A stretch of 64,000 nucleotides of DNA. Source: an uncultured Alphaproteobacteria bacterium. GTDB lineage: Bacteria > Pseudomonadota > Alphaproteobacteria > CAAHEQ01 > UBA3637. Each line of letters opens with the position of its first letter. Position 1 is the first letter of the stretch. A model generated the notes under the pieces. That model was not told where the DNA came from, searched no databases, and was given only the letters and a program-made list of their open reading frames with translations. The stretch lies in NCBI GenBank assembly GCA_944391735.1, contig CALXUR010000002.1:2484-66483 (forward strand), read 5' to 3'. Below are positions 54,334 to 63,751 of the stretch, piece by piece. A program made the position numbers and the translations under genes.

Positions 54334-56104
54334 TTTGGAAACATTGTTGGATGCTGCTTTTGATGCTTATAATCAAGGGGAGTTTGAACACGCCGAAACA
54401 TTGGCGCGTGATGTTTTAAACGCCGAACCCGCCCATGGGGATGCCCTGTATTTGTTGGGACTTATTGCATATCGGGCGGGGGCCTTGGATCCTGCCGCCG
54501 ATTTATTGTATCAAGCTGTTAAACTTTATCCGGATACACCTTCTTATCAGTTGACCTTGGCTTCTGTTTTGCAAAAGCAAGGACGATTGGATGAGGCTTT
54601 ATCCTATTATGACCGTTTTCCGGATCATCCGATGGGACGGGCACAGGCGGGTTTCATTTATTTATTGAAAAATCAGATCTCTTTCGCCGAAAGTGCTTTT
54701 CAAAAAGCATTGTCTTTACAGCCCGATCTGCCGGAGGCGGAGTTGGGGTTGGCGCAATGTGATATTCAGGTGGGAGGTTTTTCTGATGCCGTTGCCCGTT
54801 TGGAAAAACTGACAGATGAAACACCGTTGCCGGATGCGTTGGTTTGTCTGGCCTCTTTATACCGTCGTTTGAATCGAACGGAGGAGGCCTTATCCGCTGT
54901 GAATAGGGGGCTTGCTATAACCGACAATGCCTCTTTTGAAGTTGAAAAAGGTTTGATTTTAGAACAATCCGGACAACCGGAGGAGGCTTTAAAGGCTTAT
55001 CGGCGCGCGGTTGACTTGGATCCGTATCGTTCCGATGTTTGGGCAAATTTAGGAAATGTCTATCACAAGTTAAATGATGTCGCCAAGGCCGAGGATGCTT
55101 ATAAACGCGCTTTGCAACAAGATTTGAATTATCCGGAGGCACATCATAATCTGGCCGTCCTTCTTTATGAACAATCTCGTATGACAGAGGCACTGGAACA
55201 TTATCGGGCTGTTTTGTCACGGCATCCGGATTATTTGCCCTCACTCTATAATTTGGCCGTGATACAAGAAGAAAACGGGGATGAGGTTGAAGCGTTGGGA
55301 TTGTATTTTAATGTCCTTTCACGAAAAGGAATGTTTCCCGATTTGGATTGGCGGATTGCCAATACCTTGACCACACTGTTTCGCAAGGGGCGGAAAGAAA
55401 AAAAACAGGCCTTGGATTTTGCAAAAGGATGGGTTAAGAATTTTCCCGATAATCCGGTCGCTGTCCATACTTATGCGGCATTGTCCGGGAAAAAAGAAAA
55501 AGCGTCCCCCTTGGCATATACAAGGCGTTTATACGAAAATTTTGCCCCGACTTATGATAACCTGATGAAACAATTGGATGCCAAAGCGTTATCCGGTTTG
55601 ATTGATCTGATGCCGGACGGAACCTATCGAAGTGTTCTGGATTTGGGCTGCGGGACAGGAGCTTTCGGGCGCGCGTTTCAGGCTGCGGGTCGCCATATTA
55701 AGGGCGTTGATTTTTCACCTGAAATGTTGGCCTTTGCGGATAAAACGGGGGCGTATGACGCGTTGGTGGAAGGGGAAATAAGCGCTTTCCTGCAATCGGA
55801 TACGAATACCTATGATTTAATTGTTGCCGTTGAATTATTGGGGTATTTGCCGGATATTCAATCATTTTTCTCTTTAGTTTCGAATCGGTTGAATAAGGGG
55901 GGAGTCTTTGCGTTTTCCGTTGAAACAACGGACAAACAACATGCTGTTTTATCCGAAAGCGGCCGTTATTTGTATCCTCTTTCTCTTGTGGAAAACTGCT
56001 TGGCAGAGGCGGGATTGTCGATGTCTGATAATCGCTCTGTTGACTTGCGCCGCGAAGGACAAGGGTTTGCCAAAGGACAATTAATCGTTGCCCGTTGGCA
56101 ATAA
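54326..56104 (+). CDS. TPR-repeat protein fused to a class I SAM-dependent methyltransferase domain
   Basis: About 10 TPR units in the N-terminal ~400 aa. C-terminal VLDLGCGTG motif I. The ATG overlaps the rodA stop by 8 nt. Confidence 0.7.
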   Translation: MSSLETLLDAAFDAYNQGEFEHAETLARDVLNAEPAHGDALYLLGLIAYRAGALDPAADLLYQAVKLYPDTPSYQLTLASVLQKQGRLDEALSYYDRFPDHPMGRAQAGFIYLLKNQISFAESAFQKALSLQPDLPEAELGLAQCDIQVGGFSDAVARLEKLTDETPLPDALVCLASLYRRLNRTEEALSAVNRGLAITDNASFEVEKGLILEQSGQPEEALKAYRRAVDLDPYRSDVWANLGNVYHKLNDVAKAEDAYKRALQQDLNYPEAHHNLAVLLYEQSRMTEALEHYRAVLSRHPDYLPSLYNLAVIQEENGDEVEALGLYFNVLSRKGMFPDLDWRIANTLTTLFRKGRKEKKQALDFAKGWVKNFPDNPVAVHTYAALSGKKEKASPLAYTRRLYENFAPTYDNLMKQLDAKALSGLIDLMPDGTYRSVLDLGCGTGAFGRAFQAAGRHIKGVDFSPEMLAFADKTGAYDALVEGEISAFLQSDTNTYDLIVAVELLGYLPDIQSFFSLVSNRLNKGGVFAFSVETTDKQHAVLSESGRYLYPLSLVENCLAEAGLSMSDNRSVDLRREGQGFAKGQLIVARWQ

Positions 56105-56113
56105 TATGGATTG

Positions 56114-57715
56114 TTATTTTTTACATACGGCACCAATCCGATCCGACCAACTGGCTCCTTGATTATAACTGGCTTGATAAAAAGGAGCGTACCAACACCC
56201 AAAAGATTGACCAGTCCAGTCGTATCCATTGAGCCATGTACAACGCAGTGCACCGGTAGATGTTGCATTGTTTGTCAGCATTAGAATAGCTGCTCGCATA
56301 TTTACATTTTCTATTGTTTGGATAACACCTCCAATGTCTGCAGATGTTGGGGTTTGATATCCTTGTGCTTCACACCAACTAAGGGCATTGATCCAACAAA
56401 AACTACCATTGGATGGACGAGATATAACATATCCGTTTAATAATTCTTTTAATTTTTTTCTAATGTCAGCTGCTGTAACGGTTTTGGGATCTCCGGCAAA
56501 ATAAACAGCCTTTAAAACCGATTCTTCATCCCAGTTTTCAGGAAAATATTCTGTAGATAATGCTTTGTATCGTTTTAATAATTCCTCGTCCGACAAAGAT
56601 GTGTTGCCGTCTTCATCTGCTTCGATTCTTCGACAGCTTCCGTCTCCTGTTTCAAATTTGCTAACTCCGTCGGGAACACATTCTTTGTAACTATGGAAAT
56701 ATCCTTTATCACATTTGACCTCGGAACATTTCTTTAATAAATTGGGGTTACGAAAAACGTCTTGAGCCGTTTTTCCTTGGATACAATGTTCACACTCTGT
56801 CCCGTTCCAAAAGAAACCGTTTGCTTCGTTACACAAACAAGTCGTAGCATTGGGACCGATAGAGCCAAGAGATTCCTCTGGGCAAGGTGTGCAAACGCCA
56901 TTATTGATATAAAACCCATCGGGACAAACACATGCTCCCGTATTTAAATCGAATACATTCGGTTCGTTACATTCACAAGCGGTTGCGTTTGTTGTCGTTG
57001 TCGTCATATTTTCGGGACAAGGCAAGCACTCCTTGGTTTCCTCATCAATGAAGTGATTTAACGGACAGTCGCATGATCCGGAAGAACAAACTTCATTGCC
57101 CATACACATACGTTCACATTGTTGATAAACACAGATTTCACAATTTTCTACAGGACAATCTTCATCCGAAACACATCCTCGTTTACTGGGATTAAACGGG
57201 ATAGACCGTCCATGTAACTCATCATCAAAAACAAAAGAGAGTAAAGCATCACCTTCAGGGCATTGGGGATGTGGATAACTATCTGTATCTTGAACTAAAT
57301 TCCAATAAATTTTAACAGGAAGATCCCACTCTAGCTTTAAAATATGGCTACAAACATCTTGGGGAACTTGATCAACATTCACGACAAAAAATCCAGAAGC
57401 ATGAGGATGAAGTTCTTGAGTTGTCGGAAAAACACCTTGAATTGTCGGCAAAAATTCGCTTTCATTCAATTCATCATCTTTTCTGTCTGTTGCCATTCTT
57501 TGAGCCGAAATAAGCAGTGCCCTTTGTTTAACCTCGTTGACAATATCATTAGCCATTCTTTTATTAACTAAATATCGATACCAAGTAATACCGCTCAGGC
57601 TTAATATACCGATAATCACCAGAACACCCAGCATTTCCACCATCGAACGACCCGATTCGTTTTTTAACATCCGTGTATCTTTCTTAAGTCCTTGTTTTTC
57701 TGTCATTTTTATCAT
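56114..57715 (-). CDS. Prepilin-type N-terminal domain protein with Cys-rich repeats and a lectin-like C-terminal region (paralog of 17309..18637)
   Basis: NESG|RSMVEMLGVLVIIGILSLSGITWY. Shares the pilin head region (VPQDVC...LEWDLPV). About 25 Cys in a ~190-aa stretch with a repeated C.CNE.N.F...G.C..C unit. The start may be the ATG at 57706. Confidence 0.7.
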   Translation of the reverse strand: MIKMTEKQGLKKDTRMLKNESGRSMVEMLGVLVIIGILSLSGITWYRYLVNKRMANDIVNEVKQRALLISAQRMATDRKDDELNESEFLPTIQGVFPTTQELHPHASGFFVVNVDQVPQDVCSHILKLEWDLPVKIYWNLVQDTDSYPHPQCPEGDALLSFVFDDELHGRSIPFNPSKRGCVSDEDCPVENCEICVYQQCERMCMGNEVCSSGSCDCPLNHFIDEETKECLPCPENMTTTTTNATACECNEPNVFDLNTGACVCPDGFYINNGVCTPCPEESLGSIGPNATTCLCNEANGFFWNGTECEHCIQGKTAQDVFRNPNLLKKCSEVKCDKGYFHSYKECVPDGVSKFETGDGSCRRIEADEDGNTSLSDEELLKRYKALSTEYFPENWDEESVLKAVYFAGDPKTVTAADIRKKLKELLNGYVISRPSNGSFCWINALSWCEAQGYQTPTSADIGGVIQTIENVNMRAAILMLTNNATSTGALRCTWLNGYDWTGQSFGCWYAPFYQASYNQGASWSDRIGAVCKK

Positions 57716-57722
57716 ATTTCCC

Positions 57723-57754
57723 CATAAAAATTTAATGACCCTTAAATTTTTACA
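57723..57754. promoter_or_regulatory. 32-bp AT-rich palindrome, second copy of the element at 17260-17291
   Basis: CATAAAAATTTAATGACCCTTAAATTTTTACA is 28/32 identical on the + strand to the first copy. Lies 8-17 nt upstream of the candidate start codons. Confidence 0.6.
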
Positions 57755-57896
57755 AAAATCAGTTTTCAGGTTATTTTATTCCTTGTGATGAAAAACACTG
57801 TTTTATTTGTTTTTTTCTTGATTTTAAAATCAATTATATGTTATAAAAAACTATAATAAAAAAAGGGTCATTATTTTTTTATATAATAAATTAAAT

Positions 57897-57922
57897 CTCC
57901 CCGTGTCGTCAGAAACGGGGAG
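57897..57922. terminator. Terminator hairpin downstream of the dehydrogenase gene
   Basis: CTCCCCGT-10 nt-ACGGGGAG, a perfect 8-bp stem flanked by A/T runs on both sides. Confidence 0.55.
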
Positions 57923-57946
57923 TTGTTTTTTAGTTGTTTTATTTTA

Positions 57947-58960
57947 TTATTTGATAACGTTATTTGTTATTTTTCCATTAATAAAATTGGAAATATTGTC
58001 AAATGTTGTTGCGTTGATCCGATTAATGGCATCGATTGAATTAAACGCAATATGGGGTGTGGCAATCACATTTCTGAATTGCAATAATTTTAAATTCATG
58101 GCTGAATCCAACAGGAAATCGGTGTCACTCATACGGGGCGATATAGATACTTCATCATGCAGTAAGAAGTCTTCATTTTCTAAAACATCAAGTCCCGCAC
58201 CGGCGACAATTCCTTTTCTCAATGCAAAATAAAGAGCTTGTGTGTCGATTAAGTCTCCGCGCGCTGTGTTGATGATAATAACGCCTCTTTTCATCTGATT
58301 AAAAGCGTCTTCATTAATCATATGATAATTTTCCGGTGTTGAGGGAACATGTAAAGATATAATGTCGCTTTCTCTGTAAATTGTATTTAGATCGGGAACA
58401 TATAACTCTTTTAAGGCCGGATTGGGGAAGGGGTCATAGGCAATCACTTTCATACCAAAACCTTGTGCGATTTGAATCATATGACGTCCGATAGAACCGG
58501 TGCCGATAACGCCTAATGTTTTTCCCATCAGGTCAAATCCCATATAATTGGACGTTTCAATTCTGTTATGTGCCATGTCGTTTTTGGCTTTGATAATTTT
58601 TCGAGCCAAAGCTAATAAGAGTCCAAATGCGAATTCGGCAACCGTTGTCGCACCGTATGACGGCACGTTTTCAACGGCAATTCCCCTCTTTTTACAATAT
58701 TCCAAGTCAATATGGTTGAATCCTGTCGAACGTGTCGCAATCAATTTCAGATTGGGCAGTAAATCCAGTTTCTCATTGGCTAATGTTTCCGAATGAATAA
58801 AACCTGAAATGATCCGCGTATCTAAATACGGTTCCAACATTTTGGGGGACATTTCGTTCAGTCCTTTATCAAAGAAAACCATATTAGTGTTTTCAATCGG
58901 ATGTTTTTCTGCAAAATCACGCAGTTGTTTATCAGTGTCAAAAAATAAAATATTTTCCAT
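57947..58960 (-). CDS. D-isomer-specific 2-hydroxyacid dehydrogenase (LdhA-like)
   Basis: NAD-binding motif GVIGTGSIGRHM. Catalytic-domain pattern (INTARG, ATPHIAF). Start could also be 59002. Confidence 0.8.
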   Translation of the reverse strand: MENILFFDTDKQLRDFAEKHPIENTNMVFFDKGLNEMSPKMLEPYLDTRIISGFIHSETLANEKLDLLPNLKLIATRSTGFNHIDLEYCKKRGIAVENVPSYGATTVAEFAFGLLLALARKIIKAKNDMAHNRIETSNYMGFDLMGKTLGVIGTGSIGRHMIQIAQGFGMKVIAYDPFPNPALKELYVPDLNTIYRESDIISLHVPSTPENYHMINEDAFNQMKRGVIIINTARGDLIDTQALYFALRKGIVAGAGLDVLENEDFLLHDEVSISPRMSDTDFLLDSAMNLKLLQFRNVIATPHIAFNSIDAINRINATTFDNISNFINGKITNNVIK

Positions 58961-59022
58961 TTCAAAACCTACCCTTCTTATATTAAATAGGATACTCTTC
59001 AATTAAAACAAGTTCTCTTTTT

Positions 59023-59868
59023 CTATTTTAATAATAGATCTAAAATTTGAATCAGCTTCTTTCTCAAATCTTTACGCGCAACAACTTGATCAATCATGCC
59101 GTGCTCCAACAGATAGTCCGCCTTTTGAAAATTAGGCGGTAACTTTTGGCGGATTGTTTGCTCAATAACACGAGCCCCCGCAAAACCGATGACCGATCCC
59201 GGCTCGGCTAAAGTCACATCACCCAGCATGGCAAACGAAGCGGTTACCCCTCCGGTCGTCGGATCCGTCAAGATAACAATATACGGTAGCTTTTTTTTCT
59301 TTAACCGCTTAACGGCAACCGTTGTCCGTGCCATTTGCATTAATGACAACATCCCTTCCTGCATACGTGCACCGCCGGATGCTGGAATTAAAATCAAGGC
59401 CGCTTCCTGCAATAATGCCAATTGAGCCGCGGTTACAATTGCTTCACCGACATATGTTCCCATTGAACCACCCATAAATCCGAAATTGAAGACACCGACC
59501 ACTGCCGGTTTGCCTCCTATTTTTCCGTGGGCGACTAAAATGGCATCATCGCTTTTTGTTTTCTTTCTGGCTTCTTTTAAACGATCTGTATATTTTTTTA
59601 AGTCGCTGAAATGCAAAGGATCTTCTTTGACTTTCGGCAGTTGAACCAATGTGTATTCCTGATTGTCGAAAATCATTTCCAATCGACGCAGCGGGGGTAA
59701 TCGAAAGTGGTGATTGCACCGCGGACAAACATAGTCTGTTCGCGTTATCTCTTCATGAAAAAGCATTGCTCCGCATTCGGGGCATCTGTCCCAAAAATTA
59801 TCGGGAATATCGGCATGAATATTGACTTTCTTGACCGTCGGCCGCGTCAGATTGGTGATCCAGTTCAT
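59023..59868 (-). CDS. accD: Acetyl-CoA carboxylase carboxyltransferase beta subunit
   Basis: N-terminal Zn ribbon CPECGAMLF...CPRCNHH. CT-beta core (GGSMG, GGARMQEG). Confidence 0.95.
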   Translation of the reverse strand: MNWITNLTRPTVKKVNIHADIPDNFWDRCPECGAMLFHEEITRTDYVCPRCNHHFRLPPLRRLEMIFDNQEYTLVQLPKVKEDPLHFSDLKKYTDRLKEARKKTKSDDAILVAHGKIGGKPAVVGVFNFGFMGGSMGTYVGEAIVTAAQLALLQEAALILIPASGGARMQEGMLSLMQMARTTVAVKRLKKKKLPYIVILTDPTTGGVTASFAMLGDVTLAEPGSVIGFAGARVIEQTIRQKLPPNFQKADYLLEHGMIDQVVARKDLRKKLIQILDLLLK

Positions 59869-59871
59869 GGC

Positions 59872-60165
59872 TTATGCGCCTTTTTTCGCTTTCTTATTTA
59901 AAGCATCATTGACGGATTTTCCCGCCTTGAAAAACGGAACCCGTTTCCCTTCAACCTGCACTTTGGCACCCGTTTTGGGATTACGGCCGATTCTGGGTTT
60001 GCGCGTCCGAACGGACAAAACGCCAAAGCCGCGCAGTTCAACACGGTTTCCTTTGATTAAAGCGTCTTTAATCGTATCCAAAATCGTTGAAACAACACGT
60101 TCGGCATCAACTTTTGTCAGGTTGTTTTTTTCGGCTACATTGATAACTAATTCTGATTTTATCAT
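59872..60165 (-). CDS. ihfB: Integration host factor beta / HU-family DNA-binding protein
   Basis: RGFGVLSVRTRKPRIGRNPKTGAKVQVEGKRVPFFKAGK arm motif; IHF-beta-like. Confidence 0.7.
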   Translation of the reverse strand: MIKSELVINVAEKNNLTKVDAERVVSTILDTIKDALIKGNRVELRGFGVLSVRTRKPRIGRNPKTGAKVQVEGKRVPFFKAGKSVNDALNKKAKKGA

Positions 60166-60228
60166 CTTTATTTCCTTTCTTATTAATGATAGTTCCGTTT
60201 TATGCTATTTTTTTTCTATTGTCAAGTG

Positions 60229-61134
60229 TTATAAGGATTTATTTTTATTTGGACGTTTTTTTCTCATGCTTTCGGCACCGGATACAATATCGATTAATTC
60301 ATCCGTAATGCTTGTTTGCCGCATCTGTTGATATTCCAAATTCATTGTTTCCAAAGATTCATCAATGTTTTTTTCGGCTTGTTGCATGTTCACCATGCGC
60401 GTGTAATGTTCGGCGGCTAATGACGCTGTTAGAGCGTGTGCCAGGATAACCGTTAAATGTTCGTGGCTTAACGCGGAAAATAAAGCCTCTCTGTTCCCGG
60501 TGATAAATGGCAATGTTTTTCCTTCCCATTTTTCTGTTTTTAAATGCATCATTTCATCAACGGGTAGGGGCATTAATTGCCGGACAACGGGTTTTTGCGG
60601 CTCGCCCGATATTCGATAAGTATAGTAAATTAAAACTTGATCGATGCGTTGTCGGCTGATTATGTCATTGATTTTCATTAAAACCATAGAAGCGATAGAG
60701 GCGATTTCCTTTAAAGAATTCATAATCGCATAAGTCGCCGTTACGGGAATTTTTGCCGATTGTGTCATTAATCCGATTCGTTTCCCGACGCAAATGGCCT
60801 GCGTCGTATCTGAACAAGAACGATCTTTCAGGTTGTTTCGAACAAAAGTCAGGATGTCTCGGTTGAATCGACCGACAAGCCCGTTGTCTGTTCCGATGAT
60901 AACCGCGATTGTTTTGGGATGATCACTTTTGTTTGTCTTGGGGGTGTAAATAAATGAATCATCTTTCAATAATCCTTGAAACGCTTCCCGAACTGTCGCA
61001 CCGTATTCGTTTAAAGAGGCCAGGGCTTTCTCATATTGACCGATACTGACCGATGACAACATTTTCATTGTGCTGACAATATCACGCAGATCCGTCGTCG
61101 TTTTAATCCGTTTGTTCAGAGCTTCCAAAGTCAT
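60229..61134 (-). CDS. atpG: ATP synthase gamma subunit (N-ATPase-type operon)
   Basis: Gamma-like N- and C-terminal helices (ITTTTDLRDIVSTMKMLS...ITDELIDIVSGAE). 4-nt overlap with the alpha gene. Confidence 0.85.
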   Translation of the reverse strand: MTLEALNKRIKTTTDLRDIVSTMKMLSSVSIGQYEKALASLNEYGATVREAFQGLLKDDSFIYTPKTNKSDHPKTIAVIIGTDNGLVGRFNRDILTFVRNNLKDRSCSDTTQAICVGKRIGLMTQSAKIPVTATYAIMNSLKEIASIASMVLMKINDIISRQRIDQVLIYYTYRISGEPQKPVVRQLMPLPVDEMMHLKTEKWEGKTLPFITGNREALFSALSHEHLTVILAHALTASLAAEHYTRMVNMQQAEKNIDESLETMNLEYQQMRQTSITDELIDIVSGAESMRKKRPNKNKSL

Positions 61135-62657
61135 GCGCTCTTAAGTCCTTTCTCGGCGGTTAAAGCTTTTCGGAAAGCATCCAGTAACTTTTGCTTAATT
61201 TCATCTGATAATTTTTCTTTTTTATCGGATATGGCCGTCATGAGCTTGGGGAATTGGGCATGTAAAACATGGATAATGATTTCTTGCGCCCGAGTTACTT
61301 TACTTTCCTCCACATCGTCTAACAGCCCGTCATTTGTTGCCAGAAAAACGGCAATTTGATCCGCGGCTGGCATCGGTGCGTATTGAATCTGTTGCATAAC
61401 CGCGCGGATAGCGCGTCCTCGTTTTAACCGACCCGCCGTTTCGGCATCCATTTGTGTCCCGAATTTTGCAAATGATTCCAGTTCTTCAAATTGAGAAAAG
61501 AATAACTTTAAGGGGCCTACTAAACTTCGATAGGCCGGTAATTGTGCGTCGCCGCCAACCCGGGAAACAGATCGACCTGTGTCGATGGCCGGTAGGATTC
61601 CCTTTTGAAATAAGGAGGTTGACAGGTATATCTGTCCGTCTGTAATCGAAATGATGTTTGTCGGAATATAGGCAGATATGTTACCCGCTTCCGTTGATAC
61701 AATGGGAAGCGAGGTGAGGGAACCGCCGCCGAATTCGGGACGTAAATGCGTCGAACGTTCCAATAAACGTGAGTGGATATAAAAAATGTCTCCGGGAAAA
61801 GCCTCCCGCCCCGGAGGCGTTCTCAACAACAAAGACATTTGGCGATAGGCTCGGGCGTGCGCTGTCAAATCGTCGTAAACAATTAAAACATCTTTTCCTT
61901 TTTCCATAAAATATTCGCCGATGGATGTCGCTGCGTATGGCGCGATGAACTGCATACCCGCTTCATCATCGCCGGATGCCACAACAACAATCGTGTTTTC
62001 CATAACACCGTATTTTTCCAAATCCGCAATAACGCGTGCCGTCCCGGCCGCTCTCTGTCCGATTGCGCAGTAAATACAAATAACACCGGATTCTTTTTGG
62101 TTAATCATTGTGTCAAGCGCAATGGCTGTTTTTCCGGTTTGCCTGTCACCTAAAATTAACTCCCGCTGTCCACGCCCGATCGGCGTAAACGAATCAATGG
62201 CTTTTAATCCTGTTTGTAACGGTGTGTCTACCGGTGCCCGATGCATAATCGGTGGAGACTCCCTTTCAATTGGGAATGTTTCCGTTGTCGGAATGGGACC
62301 TTTGTCATCCAAAGGTTGTCCTAACGGATTAATAACGCGTCCCAATAAAGCGTCTCCGACGGGAACATCCAAAACACGATGTGTGCGTTTTGCTTTATCG
62401 CCAGCCTTTAAATGATCCGAGTTTGTCAGGAAAACAACACCGACCCTGTCGGGCATTAAGGTTTGAACCATGCCGATGGTATTGTCTTTGAATGTTAACA
62501 ACTCGTTCATTTGAGCTTTTGAAAGACCGGATACTTCGGCTGTTCCCGCGGAAATGGATATGATAGAGCTTGTTTCGGATACTTTTAAATCCAACGGCGT
62601 TTTTTCAATCGCTTCTTCAATTGCTTTTTCGGCCGCTTTGGACGCTTTTTTTAACAT
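61131..62657 (-). CDS. atpA: ATP synthase alpha subunit (N-ATPase-type operon)
   Basis: Walker A GDRQTGKT. Alpha-type core (CIYCAIGQR, DDLTAHARAYRQMSLLLRTPPGREAFPGD). Confidence 0.95.
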   Translation of the reverse strand: MLKKASKAAEKAIEEAIEKTPLDLKVSETSSIISISAGTAEVSGLSKAQMNELLTFKDNTIGMVQTLMPDRVGVVFLTNSDHLKAGDKAKRTHRVLDVPVGDALLGRVINPLGQPLDDKGPIPTTETFPIERESPPIMHRAPVDTPLQTGLKAIDSFTPIGRGQRELILGDRQTGKTAIALDTMINQKESGVICIYCAIGQRAAGTARVIADLEKYGVMENTIVVVASGDDEAGMQFIAPYAATSIGEYFMEKGKDVLIVYDDLTAHARAYRQMSLLLRTPPGREAFPGDIFYIHSRLLERSTHLRPEFGGGSLTSLPIVSTEAGNISAYIPTNIISITDGQIYLSTSLFQKGILPAIDTGRSVSRVGGDAQLPAYRSLVGPLKLFFSQFEELESFAKFGTQMDAETAGRLKRGRAIRAVMQQIQYAPMPAADQIAVFLATNDGLLDDVEESKVTRAQEIIIHVLHAQFPKLMTAISDKKEKLSDEIKQKLLDAFRKALTAEKGLKSA

Positions 62658-62669
62658 TTTCGCCTCTCT

Positions 62670-63443
62670 TTACTCCTTAATGATTAATCCTGATAACGCT
62701 GTGTTCAAATTATTCGTAAATGCTTCAAGGTATGATTTAAGGTTCCATTCCACAACCATATCCCCGACGCTCATTTCGGCTCCGAGAATCAAATCCGGAT
62801 TTTTTTCAATACGAATACGGACGGATGGATCCGCTTTAAATGTTTTTCGAATGAAATCCGTTAATTCGTCACTGGCTTTTTTTGTTAAAGTATCAGATAC
62901 ACTTATTGATATAATTTTTTGTTTTGAATAAATATTTTTTATTTTTTCTTTATCTTTTGAATTTAACTTTTCAATCTTTTTCCGAAACAAAAGAACGGCC
63001 TGCTCAACCGGTGATAAACCCGATAAATCAACCAGGACCTTTCGGGATAACTCCAAAAAATGGCGCGCCATTAAATCCCTGATTTCCAATTGTAGAGAAC
63101 TTGTTTCTCTGTTTAAATCAGCTTGCATTTTAACCCGCTTTGATTTTAATTCTTCGCCGATGCGTTCTTCCTGTTCTTTTTTCAGATGTTCGATTTCGCG
63201 AAAAGCTTCATCTAAACGTTTCTGTTTTTCGGCCTCAAAAACAGCGTGTTTTTCTTCCAAAACTCTTTGTTCTTGTTGAGCCGTTTCGGCTGCATGCTCG
63301 GCTTTTTTTACCTTATCTTCAATATAGGCCTGCCGCTTGGCGATTGTATCGACAATGGGGTGGTATAAAAAACGCTTTAACAACCAGACCAACACGAACA
63401 GGTTGACAATTTGGGCAATGAATGTAACCCAGCTGAATCCCAT
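62670..63443 (-). CDS. atpF: ATP synthase b subunit with a delta/OSCP-like C-terminal domain (b-delta fusion)
   Basis: N-terminal TM helix and long coiled coil typical of b. The C-terminal ~90 aa (…DPSVRIRIEKNPDLILGAEMSVGDMVVEWNLKSYL) is delta-like. No separate delta gene lies between b and alpha. Confidence 0.75.
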   Translation of the reverse strand: MGFSWVTFIAQIVNLFVLVWLLKRFLYHPIVDTIAKRQAYIEDKVKKAEHAAETAQQEQRVLEEKHAVFEAEKQKRLDEAFREIEHLKKEQEERIGEELKSKRVKMQADLNRETSSLQLEIRDLMARHFLELSRKVLVDLSGLSPVEQAVLLFRKKIEKLNSKDKEKIKNIYSKQKIISISVSDTLTKKASDELTDFIRKTFKADPSVRIRIEKNPDLILGAEMSVGDMVVEWNLKSYLEAFTNNLNTALSGLIIKE

Positions 63444-63455
63444 GATGGTCTCCTT

Positions 63456-63734
63456 TTATTTGGCGGCCATCTCGACGGCGTAATTCCAAAACGGGTTAAA
63501 ATACAGAATTAAAACAGTCACAACAAACGCATAAATAGCCGTTGATTCCACCATAGCCATCGAAACGAATAACGTTCTGGTGATTGTGCCCGCTTCGTCC
63601 GGTTGTTGGGCAATAGCGCGCAAGGCACTGGCCGCCGCGTTTCCTTCTCCCAATCCCGGTCCGATACCGCCGATTGAAATACATAATCCTGCCGATAAGA
63701 CAGACATGGCTCCGATTAAAGTAATTGCATCCAT
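63456..63734 (-). CDS. atpE: ATP synthase c subunit (ESTxxY ion site, Glu in helix 1)
   Basis: Hairpin of two TM helices: GGIGPGLGEGNAAA in helix 1 and MAMVESTAIYAFVV in helix 2. Confidence 0.9.
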   Translation of the reverse strand: MDAITLIGAMSVLSAGLCISIGGIGPGLGEGNAAASALRAIAQQPDEAGTITRTLFVSMAMVESTAIYAFVVTVLILYFNPFWNYAVEMAAK

Positions 63735-63751
63735 TTTTTTCTCCTTTCTTG

